Below, one piece after another: positions 1 to 8,602 of a DNA stretch of 21,307 nucleotides. This DNA comes from a virus: IMG/VR virus record IMGVR_UViG_3300001200_000009; one strand, 5' to 3'. Under the pieces are notes generated by a model. That model had not been told where the DNA came from, made no database searches, and saw only the letters and a program-made list of their open reading frames with translations. The position numbers were made by a program, and so were the translations under genes. Every line of letters starts with the position of its first letter. Position 1 is the first letter of the stretch.

Positions 1-1
1 T

Positions 2-451
2 CTAAAACTCGCAGTCGCTAAGTATGGTCAAGAATCTTTCAAAAAAGATATTCTGTTTGAATTTTCAGACCGAGAAGAGGCATTTTCGAAAGAGTCAGAA
101 ATAGTCACCGAAAAATTTACTAATAGAGAAGACACTTATAATATAAAAGTAGGTGGCTTCGGAGGTTGGCACAAAAGAGAAATGACACCAGAGTTACGAA
201 TAAAATTATCGACTGGTAAGAAAGGAAAACCAGTTTCTAAATCTACCAGATTGAAAATGTCTAAATCTATGACTGGGTTAAAGAAATCAGAGTCTCACAG
301 AGCTAATATGTCCAAGTCTAAAATAGGCGTAAAGCTCCCAAAGGGCAATTTGGTTAAAATTGATGGAGTATCATACCCATCCTACAATAAAGCGGCTAAA
401 GCCCTTGGAATCACTGTTTATCAACTTAGAAAAAATCTTCAAGCGAAATAG
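2..451 (+). mobile_element. Free-standing GIY-YIG (Seg-like) homing endonuclease, 5'-truncated by the window edge
   Basis: Frame is open from nt 2 (LKLAVAKYGQESFKKDILFEFSDREEAFSKESEIVTEKFTNREDTYNIKVGGFGG) into the listed 182..451 ORF. This matches the second half of a GIY-YIG domain and aligns with the 5434..6054 protein. It is followed by NUMOD3-like repeats (SKSTRLKMSKS, SESHRANMSKS) and a C-terminal HTH (YPSYNKAAKALGI). Overlaps the gp43 3' end by 26 nt. Confidence 0.88.
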
Positions 452-2927
452 TGTCTTCGATATTCCAGCTCATGGCCTCGAAGATGAGTGTCATGGCGTT
501 AAGAAATGTCTTCTCAAATTGTTTTTGATGGTCAATGTATTTACCAAGTCCTAGTTCTCGTGGAAGGACTTCGGGAAAGCCAATGACATTTTGTTTGATT
601 GGGTTCGGCATCTTGAGATACAGCATCTTGATTTTGTTGCCATTTGTAATCTCTGGATATTTGTTAGTTATGCCCTTGTCTTTGATGGCAAGATTGTAGA
701 GAATAGCCGCTCGAGAATTGATGGGCGTTCCTTTGACGAGCTTTCCTCCAACAAGATATTTATTAACATCGCTTACTCCTGATGGTTTGCCAATCAGCTC
801 TGGAGCCATGGCGTAAAATTCATCTCGTCTAGCATGGATATAGTCTCGAGCTGGGCCTTCACCCTCCGACAAGATAATTTTGATTGCTTCCTTCATCCAG
901 TTTCTTTGCATTTCTGGAGTAGAGGATTTAATGGCCTCAAGGCCTTTGATTTTGAGCTTTGGTTCGGATAGACGAATGCCATCATCATCGAAGATTAGCA
1001 TGCCATACCGCTTCTTGGCAGTCCAGAACCCGGATGAGGCAATAACCTCTCTACCCATGACCATTCGAGGCTTGAAGCCGTTTTGCTTTGCAAACAGTTT
1101 TTCAAAAGCCTTCTGAAGAATTGGCTCCATGACCTTGTCTCCAAAATTGGCAAGAAATTCTACCGGGTCAGACGGGTTGGCTTGTCCAATAACTTGGGAA
1201 AGGTCTACCATAATAGAGTCTGTGTCGATAGCGATAACGTAATCGGTGTCACCTGACTTCAGAGCTTTGTTGAGGTATTCATTCACCGCCCTTTCGGCGG
1301 TTAGAACAGTCAACTGACCAGTTGTGGTAATAGCCTCCGCAGTACGAATATCATAGTGACGGAAGAATCGAGACCCGAGCGCTCCATAAAGAGAGTTCAT
1401 CAGGATTTTAATAGACATCTGTTGGTTAAAGAGACGGTCAATGTCGTTCTTCAGTTTTGGATTGGGGTTCTGTTCGTAAATTTTCTGGAGCTCGGACATT
1501 TCAGCCTGAACCTCTTTACGTTCGGCATAATAAGCTTCAACTAGACGTGGAAGACAACCTTGCTTATCTTTTCGATATTGAACACCATTTGCTGCAAGCG
1601 TATATTTTGGGTCAGCGACTGGTTTGAATGCAGTGTCATCAAGAGCCTTTGCAACATCAAGAATTTTACGGTCATCGATGATAGTTTCGGGAGACATGTT
1701 GTATTCGACAATGATATTCGGATATAGAGAGTTCAAGTCAAATGTGGTAATCCAATTATACATGCCAGGATTGGGCTCTTTAACCCATCCACCACCATAA
1801 TTTTCGGCGAATCCAGGCTCGAATGGTTGAACAACGATGTTACGAGTTTTTAGGTCTCGCATGATAATCGTATCCCAGATACGGGTAGTTCCAAGCGTGT
1901 CTGAATAGTTTACGCCTGCCTTGTAGGCCATTGCGAACACTAGAGAGATAAGCTTGGTCTTCTCAATCATTTTTACGACAAGCTGAGTATCTTTGATGTT
2001 ATAGTCAACGAACTTCTGAGGGTTCTTATCAGCTAGGTCCCATAGACCTTGATATTCTTCGTAGTCAAGTTTTTTCTCGCCAAGCACAACATAGGCAATA
2101 TGGTTCAGCTTATAGGACTCTTGAACACCGTATTTGTAACCAAACTTTTTGAAGATGTCGAGGAAATCGAGTTGGGCAATACCCTTGAGTTCAACGGTTT
2201 GCATTTCGCCTGTGCCCTTGAAGGCAACTGTTTTGATTTCAATATCGTTCCAAGGCGATAGAGTTTTTGCACGAGCCTCGCCAAACAGGTTGGTAAATCT
2301 ATTCACGATGTATGGCATATCGAAGCCACGTGAATAGAACCCAGAAATTACGTCTGGCATATACCGAGGGTCTACCCAAAATGCTTGAAAGTTGGCAAGC
2401 ATTGACATTTCGTCGTCAAATTTTCGAAAGTCAATAAGCTTAGGGTCGATGTCGAGTTCTGTTAGAGCTTTATCGTATTCAAGAGTGGTCCACACATGAT
2501 ACATGCCAGTGGCAGTCAAATGCATGGTAATAGCATTGATTGGGTGCTTAGCTTCTTCAGGTTTTGGGAATTCGTCGGGCGAATGGACCTCAATATCGAT
2601 TGTGGCGATATTGATTTTTGTCTCATCAAATTCAATTTTACCTGGCCAGTTCTCTTGGACAAACTGACCAACCCAATCGTCAGTACCGAAGATTGGATAT
2701 TCATCTACGCCTTGATAGGTTTTCATGAATGTCTTCGCATCGTACATCGTGTCGAACTTTTGGGGTTGGACATAATCGCCGAAGATAGATTGGGTGTCGG
2801 TTTTTTCGCGGGATTTGACGTAGAGAGTAGGTCGGAAGACTTCTTTTTTCGTCACGCGTCTGCCATTCTCGTATCCGCGATAGAGAATATTGCGACCTTT
2901 CTTGGTCACAGAAGTATAAAATTTCAT
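426..2927 (-). CDS. 43: Family B DNA polymerase (T4 gp43-like)
   Basis: ExoI DIE, ExoIII YNIKD, motif A FDLNSLYPNII, motif B KILMNSLYGALG, motif C IDTDS, KKRY, and C-terminal clamp-binding SLEDFF. 833 aa, uninterrupted. Confidence 0.98.
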   Translation of the reverse strand: MKFYTSVTKKGRNILYRGYENGRRVTKKEVFRPTLYVKSREKTDTQSIFGDYVQPQKFDTMYDAKTFMKTYQGVDEYPIFGTDDWVGQFVQENWPGKIEFDETKINIATIDIEVHSPDEFPKPEEAKHPINAITMHLTATGMYHVWTTLEYDKALTELDIDPKLIDFRKFDDEMSMLANFQAFWVDPRYMPDVISGFYSRGFDMPYIVNRFTNLFGEARAKTLSPWNDIEIKTVAFKGTGEMQTVELKGIAQLDFLDIFKKFGYKYGVQESYKLNHIAYVVLGEKKLDYEEYQGLWDLADKNPQKFVDYNIKDTQLVVKMIEKTKLISLVFAMAYKAGVNYSDTLGTTRIWDTIIMRDLKTRNIVVQPFEPGFAENYGGGWVKEPNPGMYNWITTFDLNSLYPNIIVEYNMSPETIIDDRKILDVAKALDDTAFKPVADPKYTLAANGVQYRKDKQGCLPRLVEAYYAERKEVQAEMSELQKIYEQNPNPKLKNDIDRLFNQQMSIKILMNSLYGALGSRFFRHYDIRTAEAITTTGQLTVLTAERAVNEYLNKALKSGDTDYVIAIDTDSIMVDLSQVIGQANPSDPVEFLANFGDKVMEPILQKAFEKLFAKQNGFKPRMVMGREVIASSGFWTAKKRYGMLIFDDDGIRLSEPKLKIKGLEAIKSSTPEMQRNWMKEAIKIILSEGEGPARDYIHARRDEFYAMAPELIGKPSGVSDVNKYLVGGKLVKGTPINSRAAILYNLAIKDKGITNKYPEITNGNKIKMLYLKMPNPIKQNVIGFPEVLPRELGLGKYIDHQKQFEKTFLNAMTLIFEAMSWNIEDTISLEDFF

Positions 2928-2950
2928 TGAGTGCCTTATGCTATGATGTA

Positions 2951-2980
2951 ATTATATAACATCTAGCCTAGATTGTAAAC
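2951..2980 (-). promoter_or_regulatory. Early (sigma70-type) promoter for gene 43
   Basis: GTTTACA (2980-2974), 17-nt spacer, TATAAT (2956-2951). TAAGG SD-like sequence precedes the ATG at 2927. GTTTAC is the T4-type early -35. Confidence 0.85.
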
Positions 2981-3718
2981 GTCTTTTGGCTTACCGTATG
3001 TCTTTAAATTCGTCATGTCAATTGCGGTTAGGTGGCCATCATTGAAGACGGCTCCTGTGTCCAGCCATACTCCATTTCCTAAAGAGACAACATTAGGCTT
3101 TGGAGTATGACCGTGATATGTCACATCGACATTCTTTGTTTGGATTCGCTGATTTCGCATGACTCTATCCCGACCCCATACCATCATATTCTGGTTAAAG
3201 TAATCGTTAGTGTCATTCCAATCGTCGGTCGGAGGTTGCGCATGACAAATACCTACATGACCATGGGGAGTTTCGACATTAATGACATAAGGCAACTGAC
3301 GAGCTAGATATGCTGCTGTCTGTTTGTCATTGTCAGTGTGTTTGCCTACCCAATGGGAGTAATCTTGACTAATGTCTCCACCATTATCGTATTTCTTAAT
3401 GGTGTCCAGCATCATGTCTTCATGGTTGCCTCTTACGGCAATAAACCAAGGCTCTTCGGTTAAGAGCAAGCATTTGAAAGACTCCGGACCTCGGTCTACA
3501 AGGTCACCAACCGAAAACATGCGGTCCTTGGATTTGTCGAACTCAATTAGTTCTAGCATTTCCGTAAGGGCGTCGTAAGCGCCGTGTAGGTCACCAATGA
3601 TAAAATCGCGACCGTCTTCGTTAAGTTGATAGTGCTCAACCATTTTATTTTGCCAAACTTCTAAACGCTCATCGCGAAGCGTTCCAGAGCTAGGTCCAAA
3701 TCCTCGTAATTCAGGCAT
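2963..3718 (-). CDS. PPP-family Ser/Thr protein phosphatase / metallophosphoesterase (lambda NinI / PrpA-like)
   Basis: Motifs GDLHG, GDLVDRGP, RGNHE, HGHTP, DTGAVF. ATG abuts the regA stop; alternative start at 3643. Confidence 0.9.
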   Translation of the reverse strand: MPELRGFGPSSGTLRDERLEVWQNKMVEHYQLNEDGRDFIIGDLHGAYDALTEMLELIEFDKSKDRMFSVGDLVDRGPESFKCLLLTEEPWFIAVRGNHEDMMLDTIKKYDNGGDISQDYSHWVGKHTDNDKQTAAYLARQLPYVINVETPHGHVGICHAQPPTDDWNDTNDYFNQNMMVWGRDRVMRNQRIQTKNVDVTYHGHTPKPNVVSLGNGVWLDTGAVFNDGHLTAIDMTNLKTYGKPKDVYNLG

Positions 3719-4108
3719 TTATTTTCCTATGTCGTACTTGGCGATAAGAGTCCAATTTTCTTTATCGGCATGAGAAATGATTTTAACCTCTTTGACCGAA
3801 GCTAGGTCCTCTTTTGGAATTGGCTTAACAAGGTCTGCTAAACTCCATTGGTCAATAAGGGTAGCAATTGTATTTCGCCTATGGTAATCATTTTCCATGA
3901 TATTGGCGGGTTTGCCTTCGAGCGCGAACATCTCTTTAAAGTGGACGATGAAATACCGTCCTTGTTTATGGAGAATATGGCACGACTGATAAAGTCTATT
4001 GCCGTCTTTGGACGCTACGCCCATTCGTGTTAGGGTTTCCTTGACCTTTAGAAAGTCATCGGGTTCTTTTAGGGTAATTTCAACCATGTCGTCTCTAGAC
4101 CAGGTCAT
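3719..4108 (-). CDS. regA: Translational repressor RegA
   Basis: EITLKEPDDFLKVKETLTRMGVAS and LYQSCHILHKQGRYFIVHFKE signatures. Canonical position after gene 62, with TAATG overlap. Confidence 0.97.
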   Translation of the reverse strand: MTWSRDDMVEITLKEPDDFLKVKETLTRMGVASKDGNRLYQSCHILHKQGRYFIVHFKEMFALEGKPANIMENDYHRRNTIATLIDQWSLADLVKPIPKEDLASVKEVKIISHADKENWTLIAKYDIGK

Positions 4109-4479
4109 TATTTCATTCCACCTATTTTCATTATTTGCTTGATGTCGGCGATTTGGTCATCTGTTAAGATTTTCATCGCGAATCGAGCGTTACGGTCGTT
4201 GTAACCGAAATACTCTTTGACGATTTTTAAGTCCTCGTCTTTAGACTCCTTGAACCATTTCGAGAAACGCTTACGTCTTCTGATTGAGGTTCTAAGGAAA
4301 TCGTATTGTAGTCTATAGTCGGTCTGCCAGCGAAGGTTCATCTCATTGGCATAGAAGATTGTGTCAGGGAAATACGATAATCCGCGATTTACCATGAATG
4401 GAGAGTAAGATTTCTCCTCATCCATGATGTCTTCTTTTGTGTCATTTATCGAGTTAAGATAGTCGAACGGACCAGCCAT
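4108..4479 (-). CDS. 62: Clamp loader small subunit gp62
   Basis: PFDYLNSIN, YSPFMVNRGLSYFPDT, RKRFSKW motifs. Lies between gene 44 and regA with TAATG overlaps. Confidence 0.93.
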   Translation of the reverse strand: MAGPFDYLNSINDTKEDIMDEEKSYSPFMVNRGLSYFPDTIFYANEMNLRWQTDYRLQYDFLRTSIRRRKRFSKWFKESKDEDLKIVKEYFGYNDRNARFAMKILTDDQIADIKQIMKIGGMK

Positions 4480-5417
4480 TATTTGAACCTAAGCGAGCTC
4501 ATGCATTCTACGAAAAACGCCATCAAATTGATTTCGCCGTCCATGACCATTCCCTGCTTGTATTGATATTCCGCGATAAGCAGAACTAATTGAGGGACAG
4601 AAGCAGGTTCGAGGTAATCGATTGCTGTGTCATAGAATTTTCGATACACACGTTGAGGGTCGACTGACATATTGTCTACCACCCATTTACGAGTGTCTTT
4701 GAATTTCTTACCCTTCAGATAAGTTATGAGCGATTTGAAATTATCTTCATCGAAATCGACCAGAATTCCTGTATCGATTTTGCCGGATGTCGAATAGATT
4801 TGTAGTTCGCCAAGAACCTTACGCCAGTCGGGAGCTGATTTTTGGATAAGCTCAATGATTGGTTTCTTATCGTATTCTACGCCTTCCGCGTCAAGAATTG
4901 CAAGAACCTTGTCGAAGAATTGACCACATAATTTAGGCAGTTCAGCTTTCTTCAGAGTGAAGTCAATATTTGTACATCGAGAATGAAGTGGCTCGATAAT
5001 TTTGCCTTTGAAGTTACATGTCAAGATGAAACGACAGTTAGAGGAAAATTCTTCGATAAGAGCACGAAGCGCCTGTTGAGTCTGTGGAGCAAGGCCGTCA
5101 GCCTCATCATAGATTACCACCTTGACTCCGCCTGAAAACGAAACGGTCGAGGCGAATTGACGAACTTTATGACGAACTGTGTCGATATTACGGTCTTCGG
5201 AACCGTTAATCACAATGACATCTGCATCCAACTCTTTACAGACAGCTTTCGCGAGAGTTGTTTTGCCGGTTCCAGCTGGTCCAGATAGGAGCATGTTTGG
5301 AATGTTTCCGGACTCTACAATCGCGAGAGCGGGCTTTTTGATACGGTCTGGCAGGATAATATCCTCGACCTTTTGTGGGCGGTATTTTTCCACCCATAGT
5401 GAATTTAGTAAACTCAT
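4479..5417 (-). CDS. 44: Clamp loader AAA+ subunit gp44
   Basis: LWVEKYRP, Walker A GPAGTGKT, Walker B DEAD, and SRC motif (LHSRC). Confidence 0.97.
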   Translation of the reverse strand: MSLLNSLWVEKYRPQKVEDIILPDRIKKPALAIVESGNIPNMLLSGPAGTGKTTLAKAVCKELDADVIVINGSEDRNIDTVRHKVRQFASTVSFSGGVKVVIYDEADGLAPQTQQALRALIEEFSSNCRFILTCNFKGKIIEPLHSRCTNIDFTLKKAELPKLCGQFFDKVLAILDAEGVEYDKKPIIELIQKSAPDWRKVLGELQIYSTSGKIDTGILVDFDEDNFKSLITYLKGKKFKDTRKWVVDNMSVDPQRVYRKFYDTAIDYLEPASVPQLVLLIAEYQYKQGMVMDGEINLMAFFVECMSSLRFK

Positions 5418-5420
5418 TTA

Positions 5421-5428
5421 TATAAATA
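5421..5428 (+). promoter_or_regulatory. T4-type late promoter for the antisense endonuclease
   Basis: Exact TATAAATA, 5 nt upstream of the ATG at 5434. Confidence 0.8.
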
Positions 5429-5433
5429 ATCCT

Positions 5434-6054
5434 ATGAAGTATATTATATATCAAACCACTAACATTGTAAACGATAAAATTTACGTAGGAGTTCATAACG
5501 GACAAAAGCAAAATTATCTAGGCTCTGGCACTTTAATAAAGCAAGCTATATCAAAGTATGGTAAAGCTAATTTTAAAAGAGAAATCCTATTTTCTACTAG
5601 TTCTAAAGAAGAAGCTTTTGCGCTAGAGGCGTCTATAGTAAACGAAGAATTCGTCAATAGGAGCGATACTTATAATTTAGCTATAGGCGGATTTGGAGGA
5701 GGATGTAAACATTCTGAATCCACCAAATATAAAATTTCAAAAAGTAACACCGGTAAAATACTATCTAAAGAAACGAAAGCTAAAATATCAAAGTCTAGAA
5801 TAGAACTTTGCAAATCTAAAGAATTTAAATCAAAACTATCAAAACAAAACTCTGGTGCGAATAATCCGTTCTTTGGTAAAACTCACTCTAAAGAGCATAT
5901 GCAAAAATTATTAGAGTGTAATTATCGTAAAAGAAAGCCTTGTATAATTGATGACATCAAGTATGATTCAAGAAAGTCTGCTGCCGAAGCTTTAAATGTA
6001 ACTTCAGCAACAATATCCAAGTGGTTTAAGAAAGGAAGAGGCGGTTACATTTAG
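5434..6054 (+). mobile_element. Free-standing GIY-YIG (Seg-like) homing endonuclease, 206 aa
   Basis: True start is MKYIIYQTTNIVNDKIYVGVH (GIY-YIG variant IIY..YVG), followed by YLGSG, the EEAFALE helix, YNL..GG, NUMOD3 motifs (KHSESTKYKISKS, NPFFGKTHSKEH) and a C-terminal HTH. Visibly more AT-rich than its flanks. Its stop overlaps the GapR-like stop (TTAG 6051-6054). Confidence 0.93.
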
Positions 6055-6293
6055 GCTACAGCAGACTCATAGATGTCTAGCATCGCTTCAAATTCGTCGA
6101 GCTTGGCCGGGTCTTTTTTGCGGTTGTCGATAAGCTTCTTAAGGACAGCTTTATCTAGGCCGAACGTTTTGACTTCGTCGTATACAGACTTGATGTCATC
6201 GGCAAGTTCTTGTTTTTCGGCCTCTAGGCGCTCGATACGCGCTACGAACTGGCGCATTTTTTCAGCTGTGGTTGAGTCAATATGAGATGTCAT
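6051..6293 (-). CDS. GapR / DUF2312 (UPF0335) family DNA-binding protein
   Basis: MRQFVARIERLEAEKQELADDIKSVYDEVKTFGLDKAVLKKLIDNRKKD...EFEAMLDIY matches the GapR pattern LxxFIERIERLEEEKxxIxxDIKxVYAEAKxxGFDxKxLxxIIxLRK. Confidence 0.88.
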   Translation of the reverse strand: MTSHIDSTTAEKMRQFVARIERLEAEKQELADDIKSVYDEVKTFGLDKAVLKKLIDNRKKDPAKLDEFEAMLDIYESAVA

Positions 6294-6296
6294 TAT

Positions 6297-6974
6297 CTAG
6301 TCTTTCTTGGATTTGTCGAGTGGGATGTAATACAACATCGATGAATTCGTATTTTTGAAGCGTGATAGACCCTTATCGGATAGAGTCACTTCATAATCGC
6401 CGCGCATGATTTTCAGATTTTCCATATTGAGGGCATATTCAAATGGAGCGCCTTCGTAATCTTTCAGCTGCAGGCTGTATGAGTTTGCGGTGTCATTTCC
6501 AGGGTCAGACACAGAAGCTACAATCGATTTCTCATCGCCTTTGATAGACAAGCGAGTCGCTTTAAGAGTAGCAGAAGCCCGCTTCAGTTGAAGATATTGG
6601 TCTTCTTTGATTTCGACCGTGGTGTCAGCATCTTCGAAGACGCCTTCCATTTTCGTAAACGAATCGGCGTTCGGCTTCGTAAGCAATTCTGGGTCTGAGA
6701 AGAAATACTTTAGCTTGTTACCAGGGCCGGCAATGGTGAGATATTTAGCATCAAAGTCAATCGAAGGTGTATCGATTAGAGCCAAACAGCTTAAAAATTC
6801 TGAGGTGTCGTAGATGCCAAAGTCTTGGGGGAAATCAATATCGATTTCAGCTGAGCCCATAATTGTTTTGGCTTCGGAGATAGTGGTGAGGGTTTTTCCT
6901 TTTTGGACCACTAGGTTCTTGTTTATCTCGGAGAAATTCCGTAAGACAGACAAGGTCGCTTCTGTAAGTTGCAT
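6297..6974 (-). CDS. 45: Sliding clamp gp45
   Basis: MQLTEATLSVLRNFSEINKNL, DFGIYD..EFL, ENLKIM.GDYEV, terminal YYI.L. 225 aa, upstream of gene 44. Confidence 0.95.
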   Translation of the reverse strand: MQLTEATLSVLRNFSEINKNLVVQKGKTLTTISEAKTIMGSAEIDIDFPQDFGIYDTSEFLSCLALIDTPSIDFDAKYLTIAGPGNKLKYFFSDPELLTKPNADSFTKMEGVFEDADTTVEIKEDQYLQLKRASATLKATRLSIKGDEKSIVASVSDPGNDTANSYSLQLKDYEGAPFEYALNMENLKIMRGDYEVTLSDKGLSRFKNTNSSMLYYIPLDKSKKD

Positions 6975-7004
6975 TATATTCCTTGTGAAAATTGCTATAA
7001 TGTA

Positions 7005-7034
7005 ATATTATATCATTTCAACTCAAATGTAAAC
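7005..7034 (-). promoter_or_regulatory. Early promoter for gene 45
   Basis: GTTTACA (7034-7028), 17 nt, TAATAT (7010-7005). Downstream TACATTATAGCA is nearly identical to TACATCATAGCA after the gene 43 promoter. Confidence 0.75.
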
Positions 7035-7164
7035 GTTAAAATGATGTTAAGTAAAGAACTTGTCGGATAGATAAGATTCGCGTTCGAACTTATCACGTTC
7101 CCAATCAGACATTCCTTTGGAGTGTACGTTAGATATCGTGATTTCGCTTACGTTCTTTATTCCA

Positions 7165-8577
7165 TTAGAATGGGAGGTCTGTATCTTTATCCCACCATCC
7201 GGCGTCGTTTGACCAGCTAATGGAAGAGTTTTTTTTCGAGATACTGTTGGTGTGATGGTTCTGCGCTTTGGCTACTGCAGCAGATACCGCGGCGAAGGTT
7301 GAACCAGCTTGCTTTTGAGCCGTATTATCTTTGAACTTCTTGAAGAATTTTTCTTCAGATAGAACAGTAACACCGTGCTTCTTAGCCTTGTCGAGTTTGC
7401 CTTGACCAGGATTTCCACCTGTCACCAAGAAGTCTGTTGTGCCCGAGATAGAGTCTCTAACTTGGAAGCCGCTAGATTTCAAATGAGGTTTTACAACTCC
7501 ATTTCGGTCACCAACTTTCCATTTACCGGTTACAACGATTCGTTCGCCATTACCTTTTACAGGAGGAAGGGAAGCTGGGACAGCTTGAGGTGTAGAGGCA
7601 TTTTGATTAGCTAACTTGTCAGCCGCGGCTTTGGCGGCAGCAGCACGTTGTTTGAATTCTGCATCAGATTTAGCCTTAGCAAGTTTTGCGTCTCGTTTAC
7701 GTTGCTCTTCAGCAGGGTCGATAAGCTTAAACATTTGCTTAAGAGATGCGGCTGATTCGTCATCATAGACTCCAAGACACGCTCGAAGAGCAGCATCAAT
7801 ATTATCGCCAATGGTGTATTGTTCAACAATGAAAGTTAATCGACGAGTTGAGACTGAGAAAGAAATGTCTCCATTCTCTTCAGTTGCTCGAATTTGTTTG
7901 GCCCATGTGCAAAGAGACGTAACCACAGCCTTGTCGCGGTCAGTTAGAGCGGTTCCATTGCCTCTAAATTTCTTCATATATCCCATAAGAATTTGAACCT
8001 CAACTGCTTCTCCAGGAGGTTCCATTTTATAGACAACTTTGAATCGTTCGAGGAAGGCGTGGTCTAATTCGTTGGCGGCGATAAATTTACCACTCACGTC
8101 GCCTCTACCACCAGTGTTACCGGTCGCAATAACCGTAAAGCCTGGAGCTGGATGGACTACCTCACCAGTTTCTTCGATAAGAACTGGGTTACCTTCAAGA
8201 ATCCCTTGTAGACACATAAGGTCATCCGTACCTCGGTCAAGTTCATCAAGCATAAGCACTGAACCATTTCTCATTGCAGCAAGGACTGGACCCTCGACGC
8301 AAACTGAATCGCCTGCAATTAGAGCAAATTTGATGATAAGACTAGAGCGGTCAGTCTCTGGACCGATTTGAACTCGAAGAAACTCTCGTTTAGCTTCGGC
8401 GCACGCTTGGCGAATAGCTTCGGTTTTACCGATACCAGAACCGCCGAAAATGTAAGTAGGAAAGAATCGATTAGACGCGATAATACGCATCACATCCGCA
8501 TGGATGTTCATTTCAACGTATTGAGGGTTTACCGCCGGAATATGGGGCGTAAACGGCTTGAGTGTCTTCAATTGCAT
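7165..8577 (-). CDS. MoxR/CobS-like AAA+ ATPase fused to a C-terminal BRCT domain
   Basis: Walker A GGSGIGKT, Walker B LMLDELD, ATGNT.GRG, FLERF, STRRL. Then an Ala/Lys linker and a BRCT domain (IVVTG...G..V..SIS.TTDFLVTG.NPG..KL.KAKKHGV.VLSEE.F). Ends DTDLPF. Confidence 0.9.
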   Translation of the reverse strand: MQLKTLKPFTPHIPAVNPQYVEMNIHADVMRIIASNRFFPTYIFGGSGIGKTEAIRQACAEAKREFLRVQIGPETDRSSLIIKFALIAGDSVCVEGPVLAAMRNGSVLMLDELDRGTDDLMCLQGILEGNPVLIEETGEVVHPAPGFTVIATGNTGGRGDVSGKFIAANELDHAFLERFKVVYKMEPPGEAVEVQILMGYMKKFRGNGTALTDRDKAVVTSLCTWAKQIRATEENGDISFSVSTRRLTFIVEQYTIGDNIDAALRACLGVYDDESAASLKQMFKLIDPAEEQRKRDAKLAKAKSDAEFKQRAAAAKAAADKLANQNASTPQAVPASLPPVKGNGERIVVTGKWKVGDRNGVVKPHLKSSGFQVRDSISGTTDFLVTGGNPGQGKLDKAKKHGVTVLSEEKFFKKFKDNTAQKQAGSTFAAVSAAVAKAQNHHTNSISKKNSSISWSNDAGWWDKDTDLPF

Positions 8578-8602
8578 AAGAGTGCTTTCATGATATGAGT
8601 CA

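Noticed and set aside
426-2927. Intron, intein or split in the DNA polymerase
   Set aside because: Single 833-aa frame with all motifs in order. The neighbouring endonuclease is free-standing.
5179-5433. 85-aa N-terminal extension of the plus-strand 291-aa ORF
   Set aside because: It is antisense to conserved gene 44. The GIY-YIG domain and the late promoter define the start at 5434.
7229-7236. A8 run near the end of the CobS-like gene as a programmed frameshift into an alternative open frame ending near 7047
   Set aside because: The zero frame already ends in a meaningful DLPF tail, A8 runs are unremarkable in Lys-rich AT-biased coding sequence, and there is no other support.
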